Below are positions 26,810 to 39,502 of a stretch of DNA of 64,000 bases, piece after piece. The DNA is from Octopus sinensis. Taxonomy: Eukaryota. Made by a program: the position numbers and the translations under genes. The notes under the pieces were generated by a model, which saw only the letters and a list, made by a program, of their open reading frames with translations, had not been told where the DNA came from and did no database searches. The stretch's first letter is position 1. Each line of letters starts with the position of its first letter. The stretch is taken from the NCBI RefSeq assembly GCF_006345805.1, contig NC_043011.1:27168464-27232463 (forward strand). Reading direction: 5' to 3'.

Positions 26810-26965
26810 AATAACATCGAAAAATACCTTAGGAATGAGAACCCAAGTTCGAAATTTCCCCAAGACACCTGAAGAAGGCTGGAGGGTACATCAGCCGAAA
26901 CGTTGTGTTAACAACAAACAAGATGAGGGCGAATATCCGTCAAATGTAAATAATGTAAATTATTG
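26810..26965 (+). mobile_element. Penelope-associated pseudo-LTR-like fragment carrying a hammerhead (family E, headless copy)
   Basis: ataataacatcgaaaaataccttaggaatgagaaccc...aaatgtaaataatgtaaat. The same sequence lies reverse-complemented at 49240-49410. Confidence 0.7.
26864..26909 (+). ncRNA. Minimal type I hammerhead ribozyme motif
   Basis: Stem I GACAC/GUGUU; core CUGAAGA (26869-75) plus an extra A; stem II GGCUG/CAGCC; GAAA (26897-900); palindromic mini stem III ACGU; NUH triplet GUU with predicted cleavage after 26904. This matches the Penelope-type minimal hammerhead architecture. Confidence 0.75.
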
Positions 26966-27731
26966 ACGTAATCTTCCGAAAGAGCCTCTCGTTTGCCTGT
27001 TTTCTACACACGAAACCACTATCTTGTGCCATAAGCAGCACACCTCCATCTTTATTCGTTTTATAGAGACCCAACATTGAACTGAGGGAAACATGCTCAA
27101 TCTCATGACTTTAGCGGAGTTCCCCTTCGTGTGCATTATACACCTTTTGATTTCCTTGTTGACTTTTTGTCTCTTTCTATTTTAATTTTTTTTTCTCCGC
27201 AGCAAAATACCATCCCGGGGCAACACGATGGCCTCTACTTCGAATGCTTGACTGCTTCTGTTGTAACATGACGAATAAAGCGTATGTTATCAAAATATTG
27301 CAAACAAAATTGTCTCAACATTATAATAACTAGCTTACTTTATGAAATGTAATTTCATCTAAAGATAATATCAGGAAATTGCTCGCATATATTCTTATTT
27401 CTTCATTCCATGTAACATTACATAATATTTAATAATTATCTCATTGATGGCCAAGATCTTTTTGATCCTCATAATGATACTCAAGCTCAGCTCTGAAGTT
27501 ATTGCAGAAACAGCTGTAAGCTAATGAAGTTGATTACATTATTTCCTGTTCCCTTGTTATTCACTTAATTCATAAAACGCTCTGTACTTGCCTAACGTTT
27601 TATTGTGAAGCACATGTTTATTGAGTCTCAACAACAGGTTATTAATATCGCTATGCCTAAGCGAAATCATAATACATACATGTATGTATGTGTATGTGTT
27701 TCTTGAATAATAATCCCCTTGAGAAGTGTTC

Positions 27732-28915
27732 AAAAGGCAAATGAGACCTCGGTGGAATTTGAACTCTGAACGCAAAGACGGACGAAATACCTATTTATTT
27801 ACTATCCACAAGGGGCTAAACACAGAGAGGACAAATAAGGACAGACGAACGGATTAAGTCGATTATATTGACCCCAGTGCGTAACTGGTACTTATTTAAT
27901 CGACCCCGAAAGGATGAAAGGCAAAGTCGACCTCGGCGGAATTTGAACACAGAACGTAGCGGCAGACGAAATACCTATTTCTTTACTACCCACAAGGGGC
28001 TAACACAGAGAGGACAAACAGGACAGACAAACGGATTAAGTCGATTATATTGACCCCAGTGCGTAACTGGTACTTATTTAATCGACCCCGAAAGGATGAA
28101 AGGCAAAGTCGACCTCGGCGGAATTTGAACTCAAACGTATCGGCAGACAAAATACCTATTTCTTTACTACCACGGGGCTAACACAGAGAGGACAAACAAG
28201 GACAGACAAATGGGTTAAGTCGATAATTCGACCCCAGTGCGTAACTGGTACTTATTTAATCGACCCCGTAAGGATGAAAGGCAAAGTCGACCTCGGCGGA
28301 ATTTGAACTCAGAACGTAGCGGCAGACAAAATACCTATTTCTTTACTACCCACAAGGGGCTAAACACAGAGAGGACAAACAAGGACAGACAAATGGGTTA
28401 AGTCGATAATTCGACCCCAGTGCGTAACTGGTACTTATTTAATCGGCCCCGAAAGGATGAAAGGCAAAGTCGACCTCGGCGGAATTTGAACTCAGAACGT
28501 AGCGGCAGACGAAATACCTTTCTTTACTACCCACAAGGGGCTAAACACAGAGAGGACAAACAAGGACAGACAAATGGGTTAAGTCGATAATTCGACCCCA
28601 GTGCGTAACTGGTACTTATTTAATCGGCCCCGAAAGGATGAAAGGCAAAGTCGACCTCGGCGGAATTTGAACTCAGAACGTAGCGGCAGACGAAATACCT
28701 ATTTCTTTACTACCCACAAGGGGCTAAACACAGAGAGGACAAACAAGGACAGACAAATGGGTTTAGTCGATAATTCGACCCCAGTGCGTAACTGGTACTT
28801 ATTTAATCGACCCCGAAGGGATGAAAGGCAAAGTCGACCTGGGCGGAATTTGAACTCAGAACGTAGCGGCATACGAAATACCGCTAAGCATTTTGCCCGG
28901 TGTAACGATTTTGTG
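27732..28915 (-). repeat. Head-to-tail tandem array of a ~182-bp SINE family A segment (~6.5 units)
   Basis: gaccccagtgcgtaactgg recurs at 27870, 28052, 28230, 28413, 28594 and 28777. Only the rightmost unit keeps the SINE head. Confidence 0.9.
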
Positions 28916-30700
28916 AGCTGACCGTCTTACACATGCATACATATTGTTAATATAAACTCACACGTATGCACTCAAATTCACACAAACACACACACACACA
29001 CACACACAACACACATGTGAGTGAGGGCTAAAGAAGAGAAAGTATTAGACATATTTAAAGATATGTGTGTGTGCGTACGGGACCACCTGTGTTTGTGGGT
29101 GTGATTTTGTATTGGTGTCGATATGTAACGTGTGCGCGCGCACACATACACATATGCGGAGAGAGAGAGAGAGAGAGAGGGGAGTAAGAAGAAGAGAGAT
29201 GGAATGAGAGGAAAAGAGAAAGAGACTGAAAGAGAAAATTTTAGATGGAGAAAGCATGAAAGAAGCTGAAACAAAGCTGAGAGGTGAAGCAGTTTAAGAG
29301 AATTTTCAATACTAATTATTTCTTTATTGTTGGATTAACCAACGAATATTTGTGCAGTTCCTGATGATTCGATTTCCTGTGATGGAATTAATTGACACTG
29401 ATTTTTCTTTTGGTGAACATTCAACAACCGTCTACAATTTTAGCTGCTGATAAGGATTTAGTTCAACTTTAATACACATAATCAGCTACTTTCGTAAACG
29501 GAATTTCCCAAAGTGAAGCAAAATGAATTTAATCAAAGAATTGACTATCACTAAAACCATGTTCAGTCGAAACTGTTTCGATAACTATAAATTAAGTTTA
29601 ATGTGACAAATATATTTTATCATTGTTTCTCCAAGTCTTAAATAGATAAAAAATAACACATTTAATACGAATACGATATAGAAATCCGTATAATAACGTA
29701 AGATGTGTGCGACAGCTAATATCTTACTTTTGTTTCTTCCATTCCACACAAACGTGTATGAACGGTCACACGGGCTCCTTGGTGTGTACATGCTTATACA
29801 CATATAAGCATGTACACACGTAGGTAGATTTATGTTATATGTATAGGTATAAAATCTACGAAGAAACTGTATATGTAAGTTCATACATACCTGCATACGT
29901 AGATTCGTGCATACATACATGGTGGCTGCCAACTCGTAAATGGGTATGTCTATAACTGGCAAATGATCTTGTCCTAGATGTTAAAGATAATGGCTCTCTG
30001 CAATGCCTGTGTTGAAATTTAAATTAATAACACCATGCAAAACGCCGCCAAGGATCTCACCTACAAAACCAGGTAGTCAGTTTAAAAACAAGCAAGAGCA
30101 GAATCTCCGGCTTCACAGTAAGATGGAGGCTATTTCGGAATTTCTTTTTACACAGTTGTCTACACAAAGACTAAGGGATCTCCCACTCCCAACTGTTGGA
30201 TGACCATTGAGTCTATTGAATTCATCCGTCCTTTGACAAGTCTTGTTTTCCGTTTTGCAAAGTGTCCAAAGGAAACCATCCTCTTCATCAAGCAGCCTTG
30301 GTGTGGTTGCCGGTTTAATAGCCGACGATTCGACCATGCGACGGGTTAGATTAGACTACATGTTACCAATAGCACTTAGAGTGACCCGACCCAAAGAACA
30401 TACATACATACATACACGCGTCCATGCACACAACCACGCACATATGTATATAAACCTGTGTGTATGTATGTATGTATGTATGTATATAAAAATATATATA
30501 TAAAATCCAAAGTGTACCAAAGATCAAAGAATGAAATATAAGAGTCCAAGGAGACCAAATAATCAGCCGAAATTGACTGAGGAAAGAAAACTTCGAATCA
30601 CCCGTCCTTGTTTTCTTTGTATCGTCTATCTGGATATTTTGTTGTCCCTTTTTGTATCACCTAGCTGTCCAGATGTTTTGCGTTCTTGTCCCATTTTCTA

Positions 30701-30731
<31 letters not shown>

Positions 30732-31330
30732 ATATAGATTCGTGTATATATTTCTATGTGTCTATCTATCTTTCTATCTAGCTTTCCTCATAAAAATATG
30801 TTGAAGAGCATATTTATGTTTATACATGAGTATGTATGTGTGTGCATAGATGTGTGTGCGTGTATGTATGCATCCATACGGTAGTAATGCACATTAACGA
30901 TAGTGTTGCCTTTCTGATTAATGTACCGAGAGTATCAAAAGATCAAGACAAAGGCAACAATGACGGCGAAGACGATGACAATGATTGGTACTCGTGTCAG
31001 CACAGGAGACGGACAAAGAACGAAAGACAAAGGCAAAATGTGTACATATTGTTATTTTCGTGTTTGTAAAGCGTTAAAAAAAGCATTGATATCAGATTAA
31101 AAGAAGCAGTAGTTAATCAGATTTAAACATTTTGACTTTTAAGGAAGCATATCGCTATTCAATCTGGTTTGCTTGCAAATTGTGCTTAGTATATCTGTCT
31201 TTTCTATAGTTGAGCGATGTTGAGTGAACAAGAGATAGAATTCAAATTAATTCACTTAACTTATGGCTCAAGAGCTCTTACAGAAAATTAAACTACAAAC
31301 TAACAACTTTCTTCTATACGCCTACGTATA

Positions 31331-31715
31331 TGGAAGCACTCCGTCGGTTACGACGACGAGGGTTCCGGTTGATCCGAATCAATGGAACAGCCTGCTCGTG
31401 AAATTAACGTGTAAGTGGCTGAGCACTCCACAGACACGTGTACCCTTAACGTAGTTCTCGGGGATATTCAGCGTGACACAAAGAGTGACAAGGCCGGCCT
31501 TTTGAAATACAGGTACAACAGAAACAAGAAGTAAGAGTGAGAGAAAGTTGTGGTGAAAGAGTACAGCAGGGATCACCACCATCCCCTGCCGGAGCCTCGT
31601 GGAGCTTTAGGTGTTTTCGCTCAATAAACACTCACAACGCCCGGCCTGGGAATCGAAACCGCGATCCTATGACCGCGAGTCCGCTGCCCTAACCACTGGG
31701 CCATTGCGCCTCCAC
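31331..31715 (-). mobile_element. tRNA-derived SINE, family C
   Basis: The minus strand begins gtggaggcgcaatggcccagtggttagggcagcggactcgcggtcataggatcgcggtttcgattcccagg, a tRNA-like head with A and B boxes. Confidence 0.85.
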
Positions 31716-31821
31716 GCCTACGTATATATTGTATGTGTGTATATGTGTATATATGTGCGTGTATTTGTATATATATTTGCCTGCGTGTTTGTATTTGCAT
31801 ATATATATATTAATATATATG

Positions 31822-31894
<73 letters not shown>

Positions 31895-31897
<3 letters not shown>

Positions 31898-33795
31898 CAT
31901 TAAGGAACGGCCATAATAGGCCATTCACCCACTAGAAATAACACAGCCAAAGCTTCTACGCAAATAAAGATTAATTCCGTAAACAGGAGAAAATTAAAAA
32001 AACATTTACCTTTACCTTTACCCTTGTAATTTCTTGTACGGTATACCGTTTCATCCGCTGTTTAATGGTAAACTAACCTGATTAAATTAAATCAAGCCAA
32101 TCTTCCATAAGCCCTCGGATTCTTCAGCAAGAAATAGCTTAAGTCGGAACAGATATTTACACGAGGCATACCCAATCTCGCCAAGGCAATATCTGACCTA
32201 AAATTTTCAAATCGTCGCACTCGCGCCAAATTTATCGGCAGCAAATAAATATCAGCCGTCGATTCCATTACGGAATTAACCAAAAAATTCATAATTAATC
32301 AATATAGGGTGGCAAGGAAAATTTTGTAGAATTTTATTGCCACCAGCGGCCCAGTGGGAAAAAATTAAATAGTCATAGACCATTTTTAAGTTCAACATTA
32401 ACAATTAAGGAACGGCCATAATAGGCATTCACCCACTAGAAATAACAGCCAAGCTTCTACCGCAAATAAAGATTAATTCCGTAAACAGGAGAAAATTAAA
32501 AAAACATTTACCCTGTAATTTCTTGTACGGTATACCGTTTCATCCGCTGTTTAATGGTAAACTAACCTGATTAAATTAAATCAAGCCAATCTTCCATAAG
32601 CCCTCGGATTCTTCAGCAAGAAATAGCTCAAGTCGGAACAGATATTTACACGAGGCATACCCAATCTCGCCAAGGCAAATCTGACCTAAAATTTTCAAAT
32701 CGTCGCACTCGCGCCAAATTTATCGGCAGCAAATAAATATCAGCCGTCGATTCCATTACGGAATTAACCAAAAAATCATAATTATCAATATAGGGTGGCA
32801 AGGAAAAATTGTAGAATTTTATTGCCAGGGCCCAATGGGAAAAAATTAAATAGTCATAGACCATTTTTAAGTTCAACATTAACAATTAAGGAACGGCCAT
32901 AATAGGCCATTCACCCACTAGAAATAACAGCCAAAGCTTCTACCGCAAATAAAGATTAATTCCGTAAACAGGAGAAAATTAAAAAAAACATTTACCCTGT
33001 AATTTCTTGTACGGTATACCGTTTCATCCGCTGTTTAATGGTAAACTAACCTGATTAAATTAAATCAAGCCAATCTTCCATAGCCCTCGGATTCTTCAGC
33101 AAGAAATAGCTCAAGTCGGAACAGATATTTACACGAGGCATACCCAATCTCGCCAAGGCAATATCTGACCTAAAATTTTCAAATCGTCGCACTCGCGCCA
33201 AATTTATCGGCAGCAAATAAATATCAGCCGTCGATTCCATTACGAATTAACCAAAAAATTCATATTAACAATATAGGGTGGCAAGGAAAATTTTGTAGAA
33301 TTTTATTGCCACCAGCGGCCCAATGGGAAAAAATTAAATAGTCATAGACCATTTTTAAGTTCAACATTAACAATTAAGGACGGCCATAATAGGCCATTCA
33401 CCCACTAGAAAACAGCCAAAGCTTCTACCGCAAATAAAGATTAATTCCGTAAACAGGAGAAAATTAAAAAAACATTTACCCTGTAATTTCTTGTACGGTA
33501 TACCGTTTCATCCGCTGTTTAATGGTAAACTAACCTGATTAAATTAAATCAGCCAATCTTCCATAAGCCCTCGGATTCTTCAGCAAGAAATAGCTCAAGT
33601 CGGAACAGATATTTACACGAGGCATACCCAATCTCGCCAAGGCAATATCTGACCTAAAATTTTCAAATCGTCGCACTCGCGCCAAATTTATCGGCAGCAA
33701 ATAAATATCAGCCGTCGATTCCATTACGGAATTAACCAAAAAATTCATAATTAATCAATATAGGGTGGCAAGGAAAATTTTGTAGAATTTTTATT
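31895..33795. repeat. Tandem array of a ~490-bp unit (~3.9 copies) flanked by (TA)n on both sides
   Basis: aagga(a)cggccataatagg recurs at 31902, 32407, 32888 and 33376. Units are nearly identical apart from small indels. Confidence 0.95.
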
Positions 33796-33797
33796 GA

Positions 33798-33841
<44 letters not shown>

Positions 33842-33988
33842 CACAAGGCATGCATATGTGTGTGAATATATGTACGGTTATATACACACGCACGTATATG
33901 GCCACGACGTTGTAGAAAATAATTTATGGAATAAATAGAACGCTGCACATCGAAATAAGTTTACTTTATGTATATTATAAAAATAAAA

Positions 33989-34239
33989 TGAATGAGCCCT
34001 TTTAAAGCCTAGCCAGATCCATGGGCCCGGTTTCCCGGTTTCAATGGCGTACGTGTTCCCCAGCTGGACGGGACGCCAGTCCATCGCAGCGTTACTCATT
34101 TTTCCCAGCTTAGTGGACTGCAGCAACGTGAAATGAAGTGCTTTGCTCAAGGACACGACGCGTCGCCAGTCCTGGAATCGAAACCACAATCTTACGATCA
34201 TGATGCTGACACCCCAACTACTAAGCCACGCGCCTCCAC
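33989..34239 (-). mobile_element. tRNA-derived SINE, family D
   Basis: Minus strand gtggaggcgcgtggcttagtagttggg...ggtttcgattccagg...gtgtccttgagcaaagcacttcatttcacgttgct...gcgatggactggcgtcccgtccag. Confidence 0.8.
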
Positions 34240-35170
34240 ATGTATATTATATAAGGATATTTTACTTGTCATTATTCAGAGTTTCGTGCGTAACTGCAAT
34301 CTTCAGGCCTAATACGTAAATAGAAACACGGAATTCGTATACTGAATAATTGTGCGACTTCACAATTATGTCATGGACCAATGACGGCTAGGATAGTCTT
34401 CCCAGGTAATCAGAATCTAATGGTTTGAAGTTCATCAAAACGGCATATCTCTGGTGACACTACCCCGCGCAATATCGTTACCCGGTTAAAATTACACCAA
34501 GTAAACTGACATATAATTGAAATCTCAAACTTTATGGACCGTAGGCTGCTTGAGTGCATGGGCCCGGGAAAAGGAGGTGCAAGTGCACCCGCTGGAATTT
34601 TTGCGGGGTGCAAAATCGAAATTTGCACACCTACTTACTTTTCTCAGGTTTAGAAAAGAATGAATAAAAAGTGATCTGTAACAAGTAGCTCGAAGTTAGG
34701 TTTCTTCTCAAAGAACAAAGACAAAGACAAATTAAAAAACAAAACAATCAGACCTTGCTTGTAAAAACTTCTGGACCTGGATTTGCACCCACTAAACAAA
34801 TTTCATTCCCAAGCCAGTGCTTGACTCTCCTCAACCGCATAGTGCATTTATTGGGAAAAAAACTGCTGTGTCTGGCTTCCCAAAGTAACTATCTGATCTG
34901 TATTCATAAATGGAGGCCCGAATATTCTCAGCTAGTTTAAAAGTCATTTTAAATTCTCTTCATTCCGTATATCTGAAAATATAGGCACGTATCTGTGCCT
35001 GCAAAACTGTACAAAACACGAGGCTGACTGAAGCTGTTATGAAATAAAATGCCCGCTAAGTTTTTGAGTACTGGAATTTTTCGTTTGTGCTCTTTCCTCA
35101 TATGTATAATATATATATAGAGAGAGAAAACAAAGACTGAAAATATTCAGATGTTGAACATTGATCATAG

Positions 35171-35535
35171 GTTGCTTACCAACCACATGGATCCGGGCTC
35201 AGTCCCACTGCGTGGCACCTTGGGCAAGTGCCTTCTACTATAGCCTCGGACCGACCAAAGCCTTGTGAGTGGATTTGGTAAACGGAAACTGAAAGAAGCC
35301 TGTCGATAATATGTATATATATGTATGTGTGTGTATATGTTTGTCCCCCCCAAACATCGCTTGAGAACCGATGCTGGTGTGTTTATGTCCCCGTAACTTA
35401 GCGGTTCGGCAAAAGAGACCGATAGAATAAGTACTAGGCTTACAAAGAATAAGTTCTAGGGTCGATTTGCTCGACTAAAGGCAGTGCTCCAGCATGGCCG
35501 TAGTCAAATGACTGGAACAAGTAAAAGAGTAAAAA
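35171..35535 (+). mobile_element. SINE family B
   Basis: Reverse-complement match to 1222-1623 and 61635-62045. Confidence 0.85.
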
Positions 35536-36398
35536 ATTCTACCAGTCCACTGCAAATGAGAATATTCTTGTGCAGTCGTTCGACCTGTTCGAAATAGCAA
35601 CCAAATCCCCCTCAAGCTACACTGTTCTGTCTTCAAGTGAGTAGGGCATACTGGATAATGTATTCCAACATGCATACATTCTGAAAAAAAAGGGAATGGG
35701 TCATTCAAGATCTTTACTTATGTAAAATACCAATTTCCTACTTATGTAAAAGACTACGAAAATTAGGAGAAAGTTTGCAGACGATTACGATGGAAATTAT
35801 GTTTGGTCTGCTGAAAACAATTAACTTCCCTTGAGCAAATGCAACAACAATGATGAGGTGCTCTTTACTATGAATTTTTCCCATTATCGATAGACCATAC
35901 ATTTTTAACGAGTGACACTATTATAATTATACGTGTAGTATTTAACTCTCCTGCCCGTTTCTTAGAGTTATACAAAGCATTGTAGTCAACAGCAGCACGT
36001 TTAGAACACGAATCAGAAAGGGACGTCACTTAATACCTTAAAGCATTGAAACCTTACTAGAGTCGAATCCCCTCCGTGACCGGTGTACATTTTATCGAAC
36101 ATGGAAGAATGACAGATAAAGTTGACCTCAAAAGACTTCTAGCTGAAGTGAAGAAACATAACTGAATATCTCAAGAAAATTAAATTGACAAACTACTCTT
36201 GTTGTCGAAACACTATAATAGCCTCCCCGGTTCAAAGGATTTGAATAAATGTATTTGTGCATAGCCTCTGATGAAGCATGGTTCGCGAGTGCAATTTGAG
36301 GCATAAAAGTTACGAGAAAGCCCACCGTAACTACGTATATATGCATGTGTATATATATATATGTATTATGTATATGTATTTTATATATGATGTATTTG

Positions 36399-36489
<91 letters not shown>

Positions 36490-36502
36490 TATATATATAT
36501 AT

Positions 36503-36719
36503 TGGGGGGACAAGCACAGACACACAAACATATACACACACATACATATTAATATATATACATATATACGACGGGCTTCTTTCAGTTTCCATCTACCAAA
36601 TCCACTCACAAGGATTTGGTTGGCCCGAGGCTATAATAGAAGACACTTGCCCAAGGTGCCACGCAGTGGGACTGAACCTGGAACCATGTGGTTGGTATCA
36701 CATAGCCACTCCTGCGCCT
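36503..36719 (-). mobile_element. SINE family B, 5' half
   Basis: cgacgggcttctttcagtttcc...cccaaggtgccacgcagtgggactgaacc...gccactcctgcgcct. Confidence 0.8.
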
Positions 36720-37826
36720 ATAGTTAACTATTTTAAACTTTTTTGTTGCAGTTGTTTAGCCGTAGCTCAGAATGGACTGAGCACATCTTTAATGCGAGCT
36801 GTTTAAGCAGTGATCGTCCTCTCCTTGTTTATATCTACGATTACACTGAATAATGTATCCTTCCTGTTGTTTTGTATAAAAGAAAAAGAAAACCCATGTA
36901 GCTAGCGTGCAACTTTCGGGATTACTCTGGCGATTGAACTCAAGACATAGGTCACTGAAAGTGGTCAAACATCTCACATCCACTGGGTCATTTCATTTCA
37001 ATTTCATTTGTTTAGCTTAATGACCATAACAAACAATCTATTTACATGTCTAGTGTTGTTTTGCTTTTTGTTCTGTGATTTCCAATAATTTTACTATTTT
37101 ATAAGCGAATGAATGACAGTTTAAAAGCAGTTCATTATTTCAGCATAAACACGCCGTCAGCGTTTCATTGCGAAGATGATGAACGAAAACTGCTAATAAT
37201 ATAAACATCGAATATATAAACATATAAACACATCGTCATTTGTTTGAATTATGGTTCACACACAAACACACACAAACACACACACAAGCACAAACGCACA
37301 GGCACATTTCTTTACGTCAGAAATTACACTTGCCTACGCAATATATACAAACGCCATATTTCCTCTGAAAATTCTATATCAGCTAATTACCAACAAAAGC
37401 ATAAAAGAAAACAAATTGATATTATTCAGCTAAACCCAAACAAACGATAACACATCATACATGCATGTGTGTACTTAAGTATATATATATATGTAATTGT
37501 GTGAATGTGTGTAAAAATATACATCTATGTGCACACATGTCCATATGTATATATTTACATGATTATTTATATACACACACACGCATACGGATATGTGTGT
37601 GAATGTGTGAAGTAATTATAAGTATATATGTATATATGTATGTGTATGTGTCTGTATATATATACTTAAGCACACATATGTGTATGTGTAAATATATGCA
37701 CGTATATCTGTGTGTATATATATATACACACTTATATATAGGTGGTTATAAGAATACATATATATATTTGTACATATATATGTATTCTTATAACCACCTA
37801 TAGATAACTGTGTATATACATATGTA

Positions 37827-37857
<31 letters not shown>

Positions 37858-38066
37858 TAAAACATATAATATATCTATTGAGTTGCAAACATATACGCAC
37901 TGCTGCTCATGCACAGAAATATTGCCGTTCATATATTCATACCATATGAAAACTATAAATGCATGGCCAATGAGGGTTACACTTAAGAGAAGCATTTAAA
38001 TGCATTAGCTGACATAAACAAAAACTAACTCAAAACCATTCACACATAGCTGTTATAAACCCATGT

Positions 38067-38378
38067 AAAGGCGAGCGAGCTGGCAGAAACGTTAACACGC
38101 CGAGCAAAATGCTTAACGGTATTTCGTCTGCCGCTACGTTCTGAGTTCAAATTCCACCGAGGTCGACTTTGCTTTCATCCTTTCGGGGTCGATTAAATAA
38201 GTACCAGTTACGCACTGGGGTCGATATAATCGACTTAATCCGTTTGTCTGTCCTTGTTTGTCCTCTCTGAGTTTAGCTCCCTGTGCGCTCTGAGTTCAAA
38301 TTCCGCCGAGGTCAACTTTGTCTTTCATCCTTTCGGGGTCGATAAATTAAGTACCAGTTACGCACTGGGGTCGATGTA
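38067..38378 (+). mobile_element. SINE family A with a partial internal duplication
   Basis: Head aaggcgagcgagctggcagaaacgttaac. The block ctgagttcaaattcc...gcactggggtcgat occurs twice. Confidence 0.85.
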
Positions 38379-38440
38379 AATAATGCAGTCATATGCACAC
38401 ATAAATCACAGACACATAAGTTACTATGTATGTGAGCGCA

Positions 38441-38473
<33 letters not shown>

Positions 38474-39316
38474 GTGTTTTTATGTGTGCGTTGTGTGTAC
38501 GTGTGTGAAATATGTGTAAAAACCATATTCAAAAATGTTCACACAGAAACAAAGCTTCAGACCTACCCAGAGGCACACGTACACACATAGTCGCAGACAA
38601 GTACATAAAACCTGTCGCACCCTTAAGGACACCACAGCATATTCATGTTCACAAAAAACGTAATCCGAACCATATGCATGCACGTACGTCTATACATACA
38701 CATACACATACATACATACATGAACATACAGACACTGACAAATACAAACGCATTGATACAAAAGTGTATATGCAGAAAACCGCAAACCTGCAATTTTTAT
38801 CAAAAGCAGTCATAGAAGGACATAGGCACAAAATGGCTACGTTACACGGAAAAATACTCTCAAAAAGCATCCGGTCGGCCCCAGATATCTAAGAAGATAT
38901 AGACTGAGATTTTAACTGAGAAATATGTGGGCGGAGATCCACTTTTACAGAGAGTAACAATCGATTGAAATTAATGGAAAAGAAATGTTTTATTTCCTTT
39001 CTGTCCAAGTTCTCGACTTGTTATCATTAGTTTTTCACTCAGTGACTGTCATGGTGATAGTGATGGTATTCATTTCTTAACTTTCCCGTCATGTATTTTG
39101 GCGAACAATAGCATTATCTCTTTTATAACTTTTCCCCAGAGGCCAGTGTCTTGTCGAGAGTGACAAGGAAGCGTCTATTGAAATCTGAGCAGACTAAAAA
39201 ACAAGAGGTATTTTTGTTTGTCACAGCTGCTGACCGGCAGTTAATGCGACGATTGTGTATACCTTTTACCCACTCACACAAAAGAACACTTCTCTCTTTC
39301 ATACATACACCATCAC

Positions 39317-39342
39317 TATCTATCTATCTATCTATCTATCTA

Positions 39343-39389
<47 letters not shown>

Positions 39390-39402
39390 ATCTATCTATC
39401 TA

Positions 39403-39472
<70 letters not shown>

Positions 39473-39502
39473 CATCCATCTATCCATCTATCTATCTATC
39501 TA
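39317..39502. repeat. (TATC)n/(TGTC)n microsatellite, 5' flank of the Tx1 LINE
   Basis: Directly visible. Confidence 0.95.

Noticed and set aside
31640-31715. tRNA gene
   Set aside because: The tRNA-like sequence continues into a SINE body and lacks a proper acceptor stem. The same holds for the other SINE heads.
31902-31920. acggccata resembling the 5S rRNA 5' end in the ~490-bp array
   Set aside because: The match is only 9 nt, and the rest of 5S, including the internal A/C boxes, is absent.
32095-32135. CUGAAGA on the minus strand of each ~490-bp unit, suggesting a retrozyme array
   Set aside because: No GAAA follows the putative stem II and no stem I or III can be formed.
32092-33748. 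Repeated ORF MNFLVNSVMESTADIYLLPINLARV...
   Set aside because: It is short, recurs only because of the tandem repeat, is broken by indels in some units, and has no recognisable domain.
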